A DNA stretch of 64,000 nucleotides from Mobula hypostoma (taxonomy: Eukaryota). The notes beneath the pieces are model-generated. The model saw only the letters and a list, made by a program, of their open reading frames with translations. It was not told the origin of the DNA and did not search any database. This document shows positions 1 to 12,300 of the stretch, piece by piece. The translations under genes and the position numbers were made by a program. Location of the stretch: the NCBI RefSeq assembly GCF_963921235.1, contig NC_086097.1:61258001-61322000 (forward strand), in the 5' to 3' direction. Within the stretch, counting starts at the first letter, position 1, and each line of letters starts with the position of its first letter.

Positions 1-729
1 GCAACATTTTGATTTGATAGTGTCAGGTGAGCTGGTGCTCAACTGCCTGAAGAACAGGGACTTGCACCACATAGCTGGACTCTAAAATGATGTATGCTTA
101 TTCAAAGCATTTGGATTGGGATATCTGATGCACCTACTCCAGAGAGCTTATCTGATCATTAAATCTTGAAGGAGTGCTGCACCGGAGGATTTCTCCCACC
201 ACCCCCATTACCTGTGTGCTAACTGTTTATAAGAATTCCATAGACACTCTTTCTTGTGCAATTTTTTATCACCAAATATTTTTTTCAGTTTTGTTTTGAA
301 AGCCACTATTCAAATTCACTGACAACCAAGATTTCAAGTATTCATTGCTGAAAAGAGTATTTCCTCACATTGTTACTTGTTTATCTGTTTGTTTCAATCT
401 TACCCTCTATTTATCAGTCCTCCTGACACTTAAGATAGTTTTTCTTTATTTGGACTCTTCATGATCTTTAAATACCTCTTCCAATCTCCTGTCAGTCTTC
501 ACTGGTATAAGAAAAAAATAAATCAAGCTTCTTCAATCTTACCACATGAATACATGCCTGAGACTTTCATGTACATCTATTTGGTGTCCTCTCCAAAAGC
601 TTCTCAGCCTTTCTAAAGTGTGATATCCAGAAATGGACCAAGTACTCTAGCTGAGGATGAACTTGTGTTTTAAGTAGGTTTAGTAAAATGTAGTCCTTAA
701 TGACACTTTTTAATCTATTGGGCCAAATA

Positions 730-836
730 TAATTGTCCATTGTAAATCATCTGTGATTGGGCTAAGGTTAAGTAGGTGAGTTGCTGGGTGATACAGCTCA
801 ATGAGCTAGAAGCGCTATGTCTCTAAATAAAATAAA
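730..836 (+). mobile_element. 3' fragment of a V-SINE/HE1-like SINE
   Basis: The tail (…atgtctctaaataaaataaa) resembles the tail of the more complete SINE at 58070-58325. Confidence 0.4.
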
Positions 837-987
837 GAATAAAACTAATTCAATGATTTGTGTGGAAAATCTCTAAATGCCTCAGCTACCTCTGCTTTTG
901 AGTTGTACCATGTAAGATCGCTTGCCTCTCCACATTCTTACACAAAAACATCTATGTACACCCTGAACAGGAACAAATCCAGCTTTG

Positions 988-1466
988 TATTGTTCTTTGT
1001 GCCTGCTATGCCACTGACATTTAGGGCAGCAATGAAAGTCCTCCATCTCTGTCTGTCCTTAGCCATCTTCTCTATTGTGCCCCACGTATGGTTCAGGGTT
1101 CTCATTTCTGGCTCTTCAATACGCTGCTGAGTTATCTTTTGTCCCCATGTGTCCTCTCAGTTATCACTATTGTCAGTCATGCAGTCCCAGGTGGAAACTC
1201 AGGAATAGTCTTGCTCAGATAGAGAGTTCTTCATTGCTATTTCTCTAACAATATTCTTTGACCAGTCAGGGTGGTTAGCCCTGAGCTGAACCAAAATCTA
1301 GAGGACTGGTGGACCACTCTGAGCCTGGCCTCTAGTCTTCAACTTATTTGGCATGAGTGATCCTACCAAGAATCCAAGGCTCTTAACTCCCACCGCATAG
1401 CTCCCTGGGTCATTCAGGCATGCAAGCTTCCAAACCCTATGACAAGCTTGTGGTCCTCTTGGAGGA
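988..1466 (-). mobile_element. RTE-derived non-autonomous bipartite element (RTE 5' UTR plus RTE 3' end)
   Basis: The minus strand near 1000-1100 encodes an RTE-like C-terminus (DRQRWRTFIAALN). The minus strand of 1255-1465 resembles an RTE/BovB 5' UTR (cttgtcatagg…gcttgcatgcctgaatgacc…gagctatgc…gggctaaccaccc). Confidence 0.6.
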
Positions 1467-2384
1467 TCTTTACATTGTGCTTGTAGTGAACCTATAACAA
1501 TGATTTCTCACTGTCTTTTCCGTATAATCTGACCACTGCTTAGTGGTTTGGCAGTATTTTTTTTAAACAATTAACTTCATACGATGTCAATTTTCTTGAC
1601 ATCACTGTATTAAAGTAAATGAATTTTATTGGTAAACTAGTAAGGGAATCAAGTTCTTCAGATTGAATAATGATGCACCTAAATTAGATTTATATAAACA
1701 CAGTAGTCTCTCAATAATTTAAACATGCAGTTCTGAAATATTATATCAAATATATTTATTACTTGTCTTTGTAAATCAAAGTGCTCATACCTCCGACTAA
1801 ATTCTCTTTAGGACTCTGCATATCATTTTGTCTTTGTCTTGACATCTTCCTTTCTTCCAGAAATGATGGCTGTGTCTCAGCTTTGCTCCCTGTCAAGATA
1901 TTGTCTTTATTCTCCTGCCACATAAACCTGCTTTGAGCATCATTAACAAAATATTCACTGAATGTTGGAAGAGTATAACTGAATTAATGGCTGAACCATG
2001 TTAGACTGTGTGGATAAGATAAAATATGTGGTCATGAACAGACATTCTCAGACAAGGGTTATTGGAAAGCAAGAATAAATCTTTAGACTGAGTGGGACTC
2101 TGGTACAATCATGAAATAAAACGCCCATTAATCAGAAGAGGACAAAATAAGTTACCACACTGAACCTTGAAGAAAGCAAGAAAACAAGTATTTTGCAACC
2201 GCAAATTACCAATCATTGCAGATCATGTAAATAAGAGATATAAATATTGATTTTAATTTTGTATTTCCATGAGTCAGAACAAATGGGGCTTAGGCTAACA
2301 AATCAAGTTATGACTAGCATTGATATAATTAGATTGGCACTTAGCAATACTAGGACTAGCCTAACGGTATTTCGCATTTAATCC

Positions 2385-2588
2385 ATGTGATGTGGTGGCA
2401 TCAGCACTGGATTTCAAGGCAGATGGCCCTGAGTTCAAACCTAGCCGGGTCCCAAACTGGGCAGCAGCACTATCTGCACGGAAGAAAGGCCTGGCAATCT
2501 GCTTCCATATCTTGCAATGAAAAGCCTATGGACTCTACAGTCAATGAGGTTATGAAGAGTCGGACTCGACTTAACGACTGAACAACAA
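2385..2588 (+). mobile_element. tRNA-headed SINE with RTE/BovB-type body and tail
   Basis: B-box-like GAGTTCAAACC near 2430, a BovB-like middle (ggcaatctgcttccatatcttgc…aaaagcctatggac) and an RTE-type tail gagtcggactcgacttaacgactgaacaacaa. Confidence 0.65.
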
Positions 2589-2749
2589 ATAGTTCATTAA
2601 ATAAGGGCTATCTCCATGACTGAAGGCATTATCTGTGTATTGCTGTCAGGGCAAATTCAAGTCTTTAGACTCCAATCTTATGCCTGCCCTAGAATAATTT
2701 CTTTCTCTCTCTGCAGTTTTTGTCCTATATCCAAACTTCCCTAGTTTTA

Positions 2750-4693
2750 CAAACCAGCCTGTCCTGGCAGACCTGTTGTCTCAGCTTGCTCCTGCCCCAC
2801 CGAACTCGTTTCTGCATACCTCGACACAGTTTTATCCCCCCTTGTTCAATCCCTTCCTACCTATGTTCGTGAAACTTCTCGCACTCTTAAACTTTTCGAT
2901 GATTTTAAGTTCCCTGGCCCCCACTGCTTTATTTTCACCATGGATGTCCAGTCCCTATATACTTCCATCCTCCAACAGGAAGGTCTCAAAGCTCTCCTCT
3001 TCTTTTTGGATTCCAGACCTAATCAGTTCCCCTCTACCACCATTCTGCTCCGTCTAGTGGAATTAGTCCTTACTCTTAATAATTTCTGCTTTGGCTTCTC
3101 CCACTTCCTCTAAACTAAAGGTGTAGCTATGGGCACCCGTATGGGTCCTAGCTATGCCTGCCTTTTGTTGACTTTGTGGAACAATCTATGTTCTGAAACT
3201 ATTCTGGTATCTATCCCCCACTTTTCCTTCGCTACATCGACGACTGCATTGGCGCTGCTTCCTGCACACATGCTGAGCTCGTTGACTTTATTAACTTTGC
3301 CTCCAACTTTCACCTTGCCCTCAAGTTTGTCTGGTCCATTACCGACACCTCCCTCCCCTTCTAGATCTTTCTGTCTCTATCTCTGGAGACAGCTTATCCG
3401 CTGATGTTTACTATAAGCCTACTGACTCTCACAGCTATCTGCACTATTCCTCTTCTCACTCTGTCTCTTGCAAAAATGCCATCCCTTTCTTGCAATTCCT
3501 CTGTCTCCGCCGCACCTGCTCTCAGGATGAGGCTTTTCATTCCAGGACGAGGGAGATGTTCTCCTTTTTTAAAGAAAGGGGCTTCCCTTCCTCCACCATA
3601 AACTCTGCTCTCAAACGCATCTCCCCCATTTCACGCACATTTGCTCTCACTCCATCCTCCCGCCACCCCACTAGGAATAGGGTTCCCCTGGTCCTCACCT
3701 ACCACCCCACCGGCCTCCGGGTCCAACATATTATTCTCCGTAACTTCCGCCACCTCCAACGGGATCGCACCACTAAGCACATCTTTCCCACCCCCTCCCT
3801 CTGTTTTCCGCAGGGATCACTCCCTACACAACTCCCTTGTCCATTCGTCCACCACATCCCTCCCCACTGATCTCCCTCCTGGCACTTAGCCTTGTAAGCG
3901 GAAAAAATGCTACACATGCCCTTACACTTCCTCCCTTACCACCATTCAGGGCCCCAGACAGTCCTTCCAGGTGAGGCGATATTTCACCTCTGAGTTGGCT
4001 GGGGTGATATACTGCGTCCGCTGCTCCTGATGTGGCTTTCTATATATTGGCGAGACCCGACGCAGACTGGGAGATCATTTGGCTGAACACCTACGCTCTG
4101 TCCGCTGGAGAAAGCAGGATCTCCCAGTGGCCACACATTTTAATTCCACATCCCATTCCCATTCTGACATGTCTATCCATGGCCTCCTCTACTGTAAAAA
4201 TGAAGCCACACTCAGGTTGGAGGAACAACACCTTATATTCCATCTGGGTAGCCTCCAACCTGATGGCATAAACATTGACTTCTCTAACTTCCGCTAATGC
4301 CCCACCTCCCCCTCGTACCCCATCCGTTATTTATTTTTATACACACATTCTTTCTCTCACTCTCCTTTTTATCCCTCTGTCCCTCTGACTATACCCCTTG
4401 CCCATCCAGTGGGTTCCCCCCTCGTCCTCTTTCCTTCTCCCTGGGCCTCCTGTCCCATGATTCTCTCATATTCCCTTTGCCAATCAACTGTCCAGCTCTT
4501 GGCTCCATCCCTCCCCCTCCTGTCTTCTCCTATCATTTTGGATCTCCCCCTCCCCCTCCCACTTTCAAATCTCTTACTAACTCTTCCTTCAGTTAGTCCT
4601 GAACGAAGGGTCTCAGCCCGAAACATCGTCTGTACCTCTTCCTAGAGATGCTGCCTGGCCTGCTGCGTTCACCAGCAACTTTGATGTGTGTTG
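2750..4693 (+). mobile_element. Penelope-like retroelement (Neptune type), 5'-truncated and decayed; RT plus GIY-YIG endonuclease
   Basis: Frameshifted RT motifs (PGRPVVSACSCPTE; KGVAMGTRMGPSYACL; RYIDD near 3230), a Cys-rich linker CKRKKCYTC near 3893, GIY-YIG VIYCVRCS.CGFLYIGETRRRL near 4004-4070, and C-terminal RLEEQHLIFHLGSLQPDGINIDF. A 9-bp TSD CTAGTTTTA lies at 2741-2749 and 4694-4702. Confidence 0.9.
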
Positions 4694-5529
4694 CTAGTTT
4701 TATAATTGGGTTTGCTTCACCAGTGCTCTCATTACTCAAAGTCATGGGTCCTAATTGTCAATGGGATGAATAGAAAGGGGCTCAGTCACATCACATCCAT
4801 TTGCCGTTATTTCCAACAGGAAGTCACCTGGGAATCACCCACGTTGACAAACCTCTATCACTATAGAGTATATGAGATCTCAGCTCCCGAGCAATGAAGG
4901 TTCTTATTTCTGGAAAATAATTTTACAGATACCCAAATATCTCAGTAGATAAATACTGGGAATCAAAAACAATGTGGTTGCTGATCATGTGAAAAGGGAG
5001 TCACTAATCACAAGGGACGTCAATTATAGTGGGCATTTTGGTGATTGCAGCGGGCAGTATTCACAGCAATCATACAGGAATGATATGATCATGGATTGAG
5101 AGCAAATGACTACAAGATGGGTGTTGTTTCTGGTGAGTTGTTAACCCTTTCTTGATCATCTGACCGAGGTAAGGTAAGTGACCAAATGAATCCTAATTAA
5201 TTCAAACACACAACTTTATTGTATCAAAGTTATTGTATCAATGCAAATATCCATGCAAGTTGTATTCACTGAGTTAATGATTCCTGAATGTTATTGTTCC
5301 TCCTGTACCAGTACTCACCCAAAGTAGTTTTCCCACAACAATAAAATAGCCTATTAGCCAAACAATCAATCGTTCTTTTCCCTGCCCAAGCAGTGGGGGT
5401 TTCTCTTGCAATAGTTCTCTGTTCTACCTCAGAAATTCTTCACTTTAATTTTTCTTCTTTTTCCTTATCTGCTCTGCACCGTTATACTCAATTCCATGGA
5501 TTCTGACTTATTGGGTAGCCGAGCTCCAC

Positions 5530-5785
5530 TTTTCATTGGCTCAGGCCCAAGACAATAGGTTCTTCCAGGTTTCATCTATTACCTTGTGGTTCTCTTTCTG
5601 CTACCCCCTCCTCCAACCTTTTAAATCTACTCCTCAGCTTTTTTTCTTCAGTCCTGCTGAAGGGTTTCAGCCTGAAACACTGACAGTACTTTTTTTTTTC
5701 CATAGGTGCTGCCTGGCCTGCTGAGTTCCTCCAGCATTTTGTGTGTGTTGTTTAGATTTCCAGCATCTGCAGATTTTCTCTTGTA
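5530..5785 (+). mobile_element. Penelope-like 3' terminal fragment with a degenerate hammerhead motif
   Basis: Homologous to the 4560-4693 tail (cagtcctgctgaagggtttcagcctgaaac…gctgcctggcctgctg). Confidence 0.7.
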
Positions 5786-5875
5786 GGTAGTGTTATCTCA
5801 TTGTTTGTCTCCTAAATTAGGACATGCCTCTGATGTCATTCCTTTGTTTTCCCCCTAAGTCAGTCTATTGCAAAG

Positions 5876-5995
5876 AGACACACATAAAAATTGCTGGTGA
5901 ACGCAGCAGGCCAGGCAGCATCTATAGGAAGAGGTACAGTCGACATTTCGGGCCGAGACCCTTCATCAGGATTGGAAAAAAAGAGGAGTCAGAGT
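5876..5995 (-). mobile_element. Penelope-like 3' terminal fragment, inverted
   Basis: Reverse complement of the tail at 15805-15925. Confidence 0.8.
5937..5974 (-). ncRNA. Minimal type I hammerhead ribozyme motif (Penelope terminus)
   Basis: The minus strand reads caatc-CTGATGA-a-ggg tctcgg ccc-GAAA-tGTC-gactg: intact core with one mismatch in stem I. Confidence 0.65.
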
Positions 5996-5999
5996 CATC

Positions 6000-6197
6000 A
6001 GGATGGGAAAGAAATGTGATCTAAGCAACTTTGAACGTGGAGTGATTGTTGATGCCAGACTCTGTGGTTTGAGTATCTTCGAACCTGCTGATCTCCTGGG
6101 ATTTTCACACACAGTAGTTATCTCTAGAATTTACAGCGAATGGTGTGAGAAACAAAAAAAAATGTCCAATGAGCACCAGTTTTGTGGGTAAAAGTTT
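6000..6197 (+). mobile_element. Tc1/mariner transposase N-terminal remnant (left part, split by CR1)
   Basis: ORF 6003-6191 MGKKCDLSNFERGVIVDARLCGLSIFEPADLLGFSHT resembles a Tc1 paired-like HTH. Confidence 0.75.
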
Positions 6198-6531
6198 GTG
6201 TCACTTGGGAATGGCAAATCCAGGGCAAAAATCAAAAAGGCCACTTTTCAACATAATTGTATAAGGGCTAAGAGTGTTGTAAAAGTGAGCCTGAAGGCTT
6301 TGTCTGTCAATGAAAGGAGCATTCATAACAAGGTGGATGAATTGAATGTGCAGATAGTTATTAATGAATATGATATAGTTGGGATCACAGAGACATGGCT
6401 CCAGGGTGACCAAGGATGAGAGCTCAACATAAAGGGATATTCAACATTCAGGAGGGATAGACATGAAAGAAAAGGTGGGGTGGCATTGCTGGTTAGAGAG
6501 GAGATTAATGCAATAGAAAGGAAGGACATTA

Positions 6532-7047
6532 CTCATAGTCATAGTCACAGTCATACTTTATTGATCCCGAGGGAAATTGGTTTTTGTTACAGTTGCACCA
6601 TAAATAATAGTAATAAAATCATAAATAATTAAATAGTAATAAAACCATAAATAATTAAATAGTAATATGTAAATTATGCCAGGAAATAAGTCCAGGACCA
6701 GCCTATTGGCTCAGGCTGTCTGACCCTCCAAGGGAGGAGTTGTAAAGTTTGATGGCCACAGGCAGGAATGACTTCCTATGACGCTCCGTGTTGCATCTCG
6801 GTGGAATGAGTCTCTGGCTTAATGTACTCCTGTGCCCAACCAGTCCATTATGTAGTGGATGGGAGACATTGTCCAAGATGGTATGCAACTTGGACAGCAT
6901 CGTCTTTTCAGACACCACTGTCAGAGAGTCCAGTTCCATCCCCACAACATCACTGGCCTTACGAATGAGGTTGTTGATTCTGTTATGTCTGCTACCCTCA
7001 GTCTGCTGCCCCAGCACACAACAGCAATCAACAACAACACAAAACAC
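6532..7047 (-). mobile_element. Rex1/Babar-type LINE 3' fragment nested in the CR1 endonuclease
   Basis: ORF 6703-7086(-) with HPLH…RCNTERHRKSFLPVAIKLYN. The minus-strand tail is aataaagtatgac followed by (tatgac)-like repeats. The CR1 frame ERKDI|SQEDVESI rejoins across the insertion. Confidence 0.85.
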
Positions 7048-9052
7048 AGCCAGGAGGATGTGGAATCGATATGTGTAGAGCTGCATAACACTAAGGGGCA
7101 GAAACTACTCGTGAGAGTTGTGTACAGGCCACCTAACAGTAGTAGTAATGTTGGGGATGGCATTAATCTGGAAATTAGAAATGCGTGCAATAAAGGAACA
7201 GCAGTTATAATGGGTGACTTCAATCTACATATAGATTGAGTGAACCAAATTGGTAAGGGTGCTGAAGAAGAGGATTTCTTGGAATGTATGCGGGAGAGCT
7301 TTCTGAACCAACATGTCAAAGAACCAACTAGAGAGCAGGCCATTCTAGACTGGGTATTGGGCAATGAGGAAGGGTTAGTTAGCAATCTTGTCGTGCGAGG
7401 CCCCTTGGGTAAGAGTAAGCATAATATGGTGGAATTCTTCATTAAGGTGGAGGGTGATATAGTTAATTCAGTAACAAAGGTTCTGAACTTAAAGAAAGGT
7501 AACTTTGAAGGTATGAGACGTGAATTAGCTAAGATAGACTGGCAAATGACACTTAAAGGGTTGAAGGTGGATATGCAATGGCAAGCACTTAAAGATCGCA
7601 TGGATCAACTGCAAAAATTGTTCATCCCAGTTTGGCAATAGAATAAACTAGGGAAGGTAGTGCACCCATGGCTGACAAGGGAAATTAGGGATAGTATCAA
7701 TTCCAAAGAATAAACATACAAATTAGCCAGAAAAAGTGGCACACCTGAGGACTGGGAGAAATTCAGATTCCAGCAGAGGAGCGCAAAGGGCTTAATTAGG
7801 AAAGGGAAAAAAGATTATGAGAGAAAGCTGGCAGGGAACATAAAAACTGACTGTAAAAGCTTTTATAGATATGTGAAAAGAAAGAGATTGGTTAAGACAA
7901 ATGTAGGCCCTTTACAGTCAGAAACAGATGAATTGATCATGGGGAACAAGGACATGGCAGACCAATTGAATAACTACTTTGGTTCTGTCTTCACTAAGGA
8001 GGACGTAAATAATCTTCCAGAAATAGTAGGGGACCGAGGGTCTAGTGAGATGAAAGAATTGAGGGAAATACATGTTAGTAGGGAAGTGGTGTTAGGTAAA
8101 TTGAAGGGATTAAAGGCAGATAAATCCCCAGGGCCAGATGGTCTGCATCCCAAAGTGCTTAAGGAAGTAACCTAAGAAATAGTGGATGCATTAGTGATAA
8201 TTTTTCAAAACTCTTTAGATTCTGGATTAGTTCCTGAGGATTGGAGGGTGGCTAATGTAACCCCACTTTTTAAAAATGGAGGGAGAGAGAAACCGGGGAA
8301 TTATAGACCAGTAAGCCTGACATCGGTGGTGGGGAAACTGTTGGAGTCAGTTATTAAAGATGTGATAACAGCACATTTGGAAAGCGGTGAAATCATTGGA
8401 CAAAGTCAGCATGGATTTGTGAAAGGAAAATCATGTCTGACGAATCTCATAGAATTTTTTGAGGATGTAACTAGTAGAGTGGATAGGGGAGAACCAGTGG
8501 ATGTGGTATAGTTGGATTTTTAAAAGGCTTTTGACAAGGTCCCACACAGGAGATTAGTGTGCGAACTTAAAGCACACAGTATTGGGGGTATGGTATTGAT
8601 GTGGATAGAGAATTGGTTGGCAGACAGGAAGCAGAGAATGGGAATAAATGGGACCTTTTCAGAATGGCAGACAGTGACTAGTGGGGTACCGCAAGGCTCA
8701 GTGCTGGGACCCCAATTGTTTACAATATATATTAATGACTTAGACGAGGGAATTAAATGCACTATCTCCAAGTTTGCGGATGACACGAAGCTGGGCGGCA
8801 GTGTTAGCTGTGAGGAGGATGCTAAGAGGATGCAGGGTGACTTGGATAGGTTAGGTGAGTGGGCAAATTCATGGCAGATACAATTTAATGTGGATAAATG
8901 TGAGGTTATCCACTTTGGTGGCAAGAACAGGAAAACAGATTATTATCTGAATGGTGGCCGATTAGGAAAAGAGGAGGTGCAACAAGACCTGGGTGTCATT
9001 GTACACCCATCATTGAAAGTGGGCATGCAGGTACAGCAGGCGGTGAAAAAGG

Positions 9053-9282
9053 TGTGGTAAACCATATATATATGTTGTAACTGGGTTAACTGTCTGGACA
9101 TGCCCCTCTGCTGACTGCCCCAGTGGCTCCCCCCACAGGTTCCTGTATAAAGGTGTTTCACCTTGCCCCTCCCCCTCAGTCCAGGGTCAGACACTCACCG
9201 TGGAGGTCGTATTGTACAGCGAATAAAAGCCTTTCAGTATTTTACCAAATCTCAGTCTTTTGGAGTTATTGAAGGTGCTTCA
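9053..9282 (+). repeat. 5' LTR (230 bp)
   Basis: TGTGGT…CTTCA; TATAAA at 9146-9151, Inr-like TCAGT at 9176-9180, AATAAA at 9222-9227. About 12 substitutions and 1 indel versus the 3' LTR by manual alignment. Confidence 0.95.
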
Positions 9283-9284
9283 AC

Positions 9285-9299
9285 TTTATTCGCTGTACA
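9285..9299 (+). promoter_or_regulatory. Self-complementary sequence at the primer-binding-site position
   Basis: TTTATTCGCTGTACA, 2 nt after the LTR, is the exact reverse complement of LTR 9213-9227. No TGG-starting tRNA PBS is present. Confidence 0.8.
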
Positions 9300-9308
9300 T
9301 TTCAAAGC

Positions 9309-12300
9309 ATGGAACAACCATTGAGACCAGACAAATTAGACCTCGATCCGCCAACACCTGAAGCTGGAAACGCTTTTGAACTCTGGCTGGCCTGCTTCAA
9401 AGCGTACCTGGAGGAGATTAAAGCAACCAACCCCATAGCAAAGTGCAGAGTTCTACTCTCCAGGGTCAGTCCACGGGTCTATTCGCTGATCAGAGACCAG
9501 CCGAACTACGATGGCGCAATGAGTGCCCTCAAAGGACAGTACCTGCGGCCGATAAACAGCGTCAATGCTCAGCACCGCTTAGCTACTCGGCAACAATGCC
9601 CCGGGGAATCGAGTGCTGAGTTCGTCCAGGCCCTACGGACACTTGTGCCGGCCTGCAATTGCCAGGAGCTGACCGCGGCGCAACATGCAGAGCTCCTAGT
9701 GAGAGACGCCTTCGTCACGGGGACCAGGTCAGTGTATGTGTGCCAGCGGCTGCTGGAAATAGCCGATCTTACCTTAAGTCTGGCGATCGAGCTGACCAAT
9801 ATGCTGGAGGCCGCTCTGCACAACTCTGAGGCTCTCCAGGCATGCGACCCCCCTCATGGCCTCGTGGGCATCGCAGACCCCGCAACCCGCCGGCGAATCG
9901 ACCTCGGCTGCCGTCAGTCGTGAATCCACGAAGTGCTACTTCTGCGGACTGGAGAAGCACCCCCGGAAACGCAGCCCGGTCCAACAAGCTACCTGCTCCA
10001 GCTGCGGAAAGAAGGGCCACTTCGCCAAGGTCTGTAAGTCCAAACCGCGAGCGGGATCGAGCAGCATCACTTGCAAGACGTGGGGGTCGCCATCTTGCCT
10101 GCCGCTATCTTCCCCGCACGCCGCCACCACGTGCGAGACATGGGGGCGGCCATCTTGGTCGGTGCCACCTCCAACGGCCTGTGACCAACGGGTGCTCACG
10201 GGGCACCCCACCGCGCCGGACCAAGACAGCGACCCAACATTGGCTTCCATGACCCTCGACCAAAGCGCTCCCCACCAGCTCGCAAGGTCAATGATGGACA
10301 TCCTAGTGGAGGGGCGCAGGACAAGCTGCCTGTTTGACACAGGCAGCATGGAGAGTTTTATCCACCCGGCCATGGTGCAGCATTGCGGACTCGTGATATG
10401 GCCTGTAAGTCAGAGGGTCACCATGGCTGTCGCATACAACAGACATCAAGGGGGGTTGTGTAGCGACACTAGTGGTGCAGGGCACAGAATATCGAGACTT
10501 TACGTTACTGGTCTTGCCTCAACTGTGTGCCCCTGTGCAGTTGGGGTTGGGCTTCCAGAGCCACCTGAAAAGCATGACAATGAAGTATGATGGGCCCCTC
10601 CCACCAATTACTGTCGTAAGTCCCCAGTTTTGTAGAGATATGTCACGTACCCCGCTACTGACCACACACACACACCGACCCGCACATCCCACCCAACACC
10701 ATGCCAACTGCCACACTACCAACACCACTTGCGGCCTCTCCACCCTCAGGATCCCTCCCCCACCGCTGTTCGCCAACCTGACCCCCGACTGTAAACCTGT
10801 GGCAACTAAAAGCAGGAGGTACAGCGCGGGGGACAGAGCTTTCATTAAGTCGGAGGTGCAGCGGTTGCTCAGGGAGGGGGTCATTGAGGTAAGCACAAGT
10901 CCTTGGAGGGCGCAGGTGGTGGTTGTTCGGAACGGGGAGAAGAATAGGATGGTCATGGACTATAGCCAGACCATCAATAGGTTCACGCAGCTCGACGCGT
11001 ACCCTCTACCCCGCATCGCGGATATGGTCAATCAGATAGCACAGTACAAGGTGTACTCGACCATAGACCTAAAATCCACTTACCATAAGCTCCCCATCCG
11101 CCGGAAGGACCGCCCTTACACCACCTTCGAGGCGGACGGCAGGCTTTATCAATTCCTGCCCGTCCCCTTCAGTGTTACGAATGGTGTATCTGTCTTCCAG
11201 AGGGCAATGGACCGGATGGTGGACCAATGCCAACTGAAGGCCACATTCCCATATCTGGATAACATCACCATCTGCGGTCACGACCAGCAGGATCACGACA
11301 ACAACCTCCAAAAATTTCTCCAAGCGGCCAAATCTTTCAACCTCACCTACAACAAGGACAAGTGTGTATTTGGGACCACCCGACTTGCTATCCTTGGGTG
11401 TGTCGTGGAGAATGGAGTCATTGGCCCTGACCCAAACCGTATGCGCCCCCTGTTGGAACTCCCTCTTCCCAACACCCTCAGAGCCCTCAAAAGGTGCCTG
11501 GGCTTCTTTTCATATTACGCCCAATAGGTCTCTAACTATGCAGACAAGGCCCACCCCCTGGTCAAGTCCACCACATTTCCCCTCTCTGCCAAGGCTCCCG
11601 CGGCCTTCAGCCGCATAAAAGGGGACATTGCCAAAGCAGCAATGCATGCGGTGGATGAGGCCATTCCCTTCCAAGTAGAGAGTGACGCCTCCGACTTTGA
11701 GCTGGCTGCTACCCTCAACCAGGCGAGAAGACCGGTGGCGTTCTTCTCCCGTACCCTTCAAGGCCCTGAAATTCGGCACTCTGCAGTAAAGAAAAAGGGC
11801 CAGGCCATAGTGGAAGCTATTAGGCACTAGAGGCACTATCTTGCCGGCAAAAGGTTTACCCTGCTAACTGACCAGCGCTCAGTCGCGTTCATGTTTAATA
11901 ACCAACAGCGGAGCAAAATCAAAAATGATAAGATTCTGAGGTGGAGAATCGAACTCTCCACCTTCAACTATGACATCATGTACAGGCCTGGAAAGCTCAA
12001 CGAGCTCTCCGATGCCCTATCCCGGGGAACATGCGCCAGCGCGCAGATTGACCGGCTATACGCCCTACATGTAGACCTTTGCCACCCGGGGGTCACCCGG
12101 CTTTTCCACTTCGTGAAAGCCCGGAACCTGCCTTACTGCCTTGAGGAGATCAGGATGATGACCAGGGACTGCCAAGTCTGCGCAGAGTGCAAACCGCACT
12201 TCTACTGACCCGAAAAGGCACCACTCATCAAGGCCACCCGCCCCTTTGAGTGACTAAGTGTTGAAGTTAAGGGCCCCCTTCCCTCCACCGACCGCAATGT

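Noticed and set aside
2390..2460. tRNA gene
   Set aside because: Only degenerate A/B boxes with no cloverleaf; it is a SINE head.
6921..7601. 226-aa minus-strand ORF and similar antisense ORFs (8520-8924, 9936-10373, 10519-10956)
   Set aside because: These are shadow frames opposite CR1 or Gypsy coding sequence, with no independent motifs.
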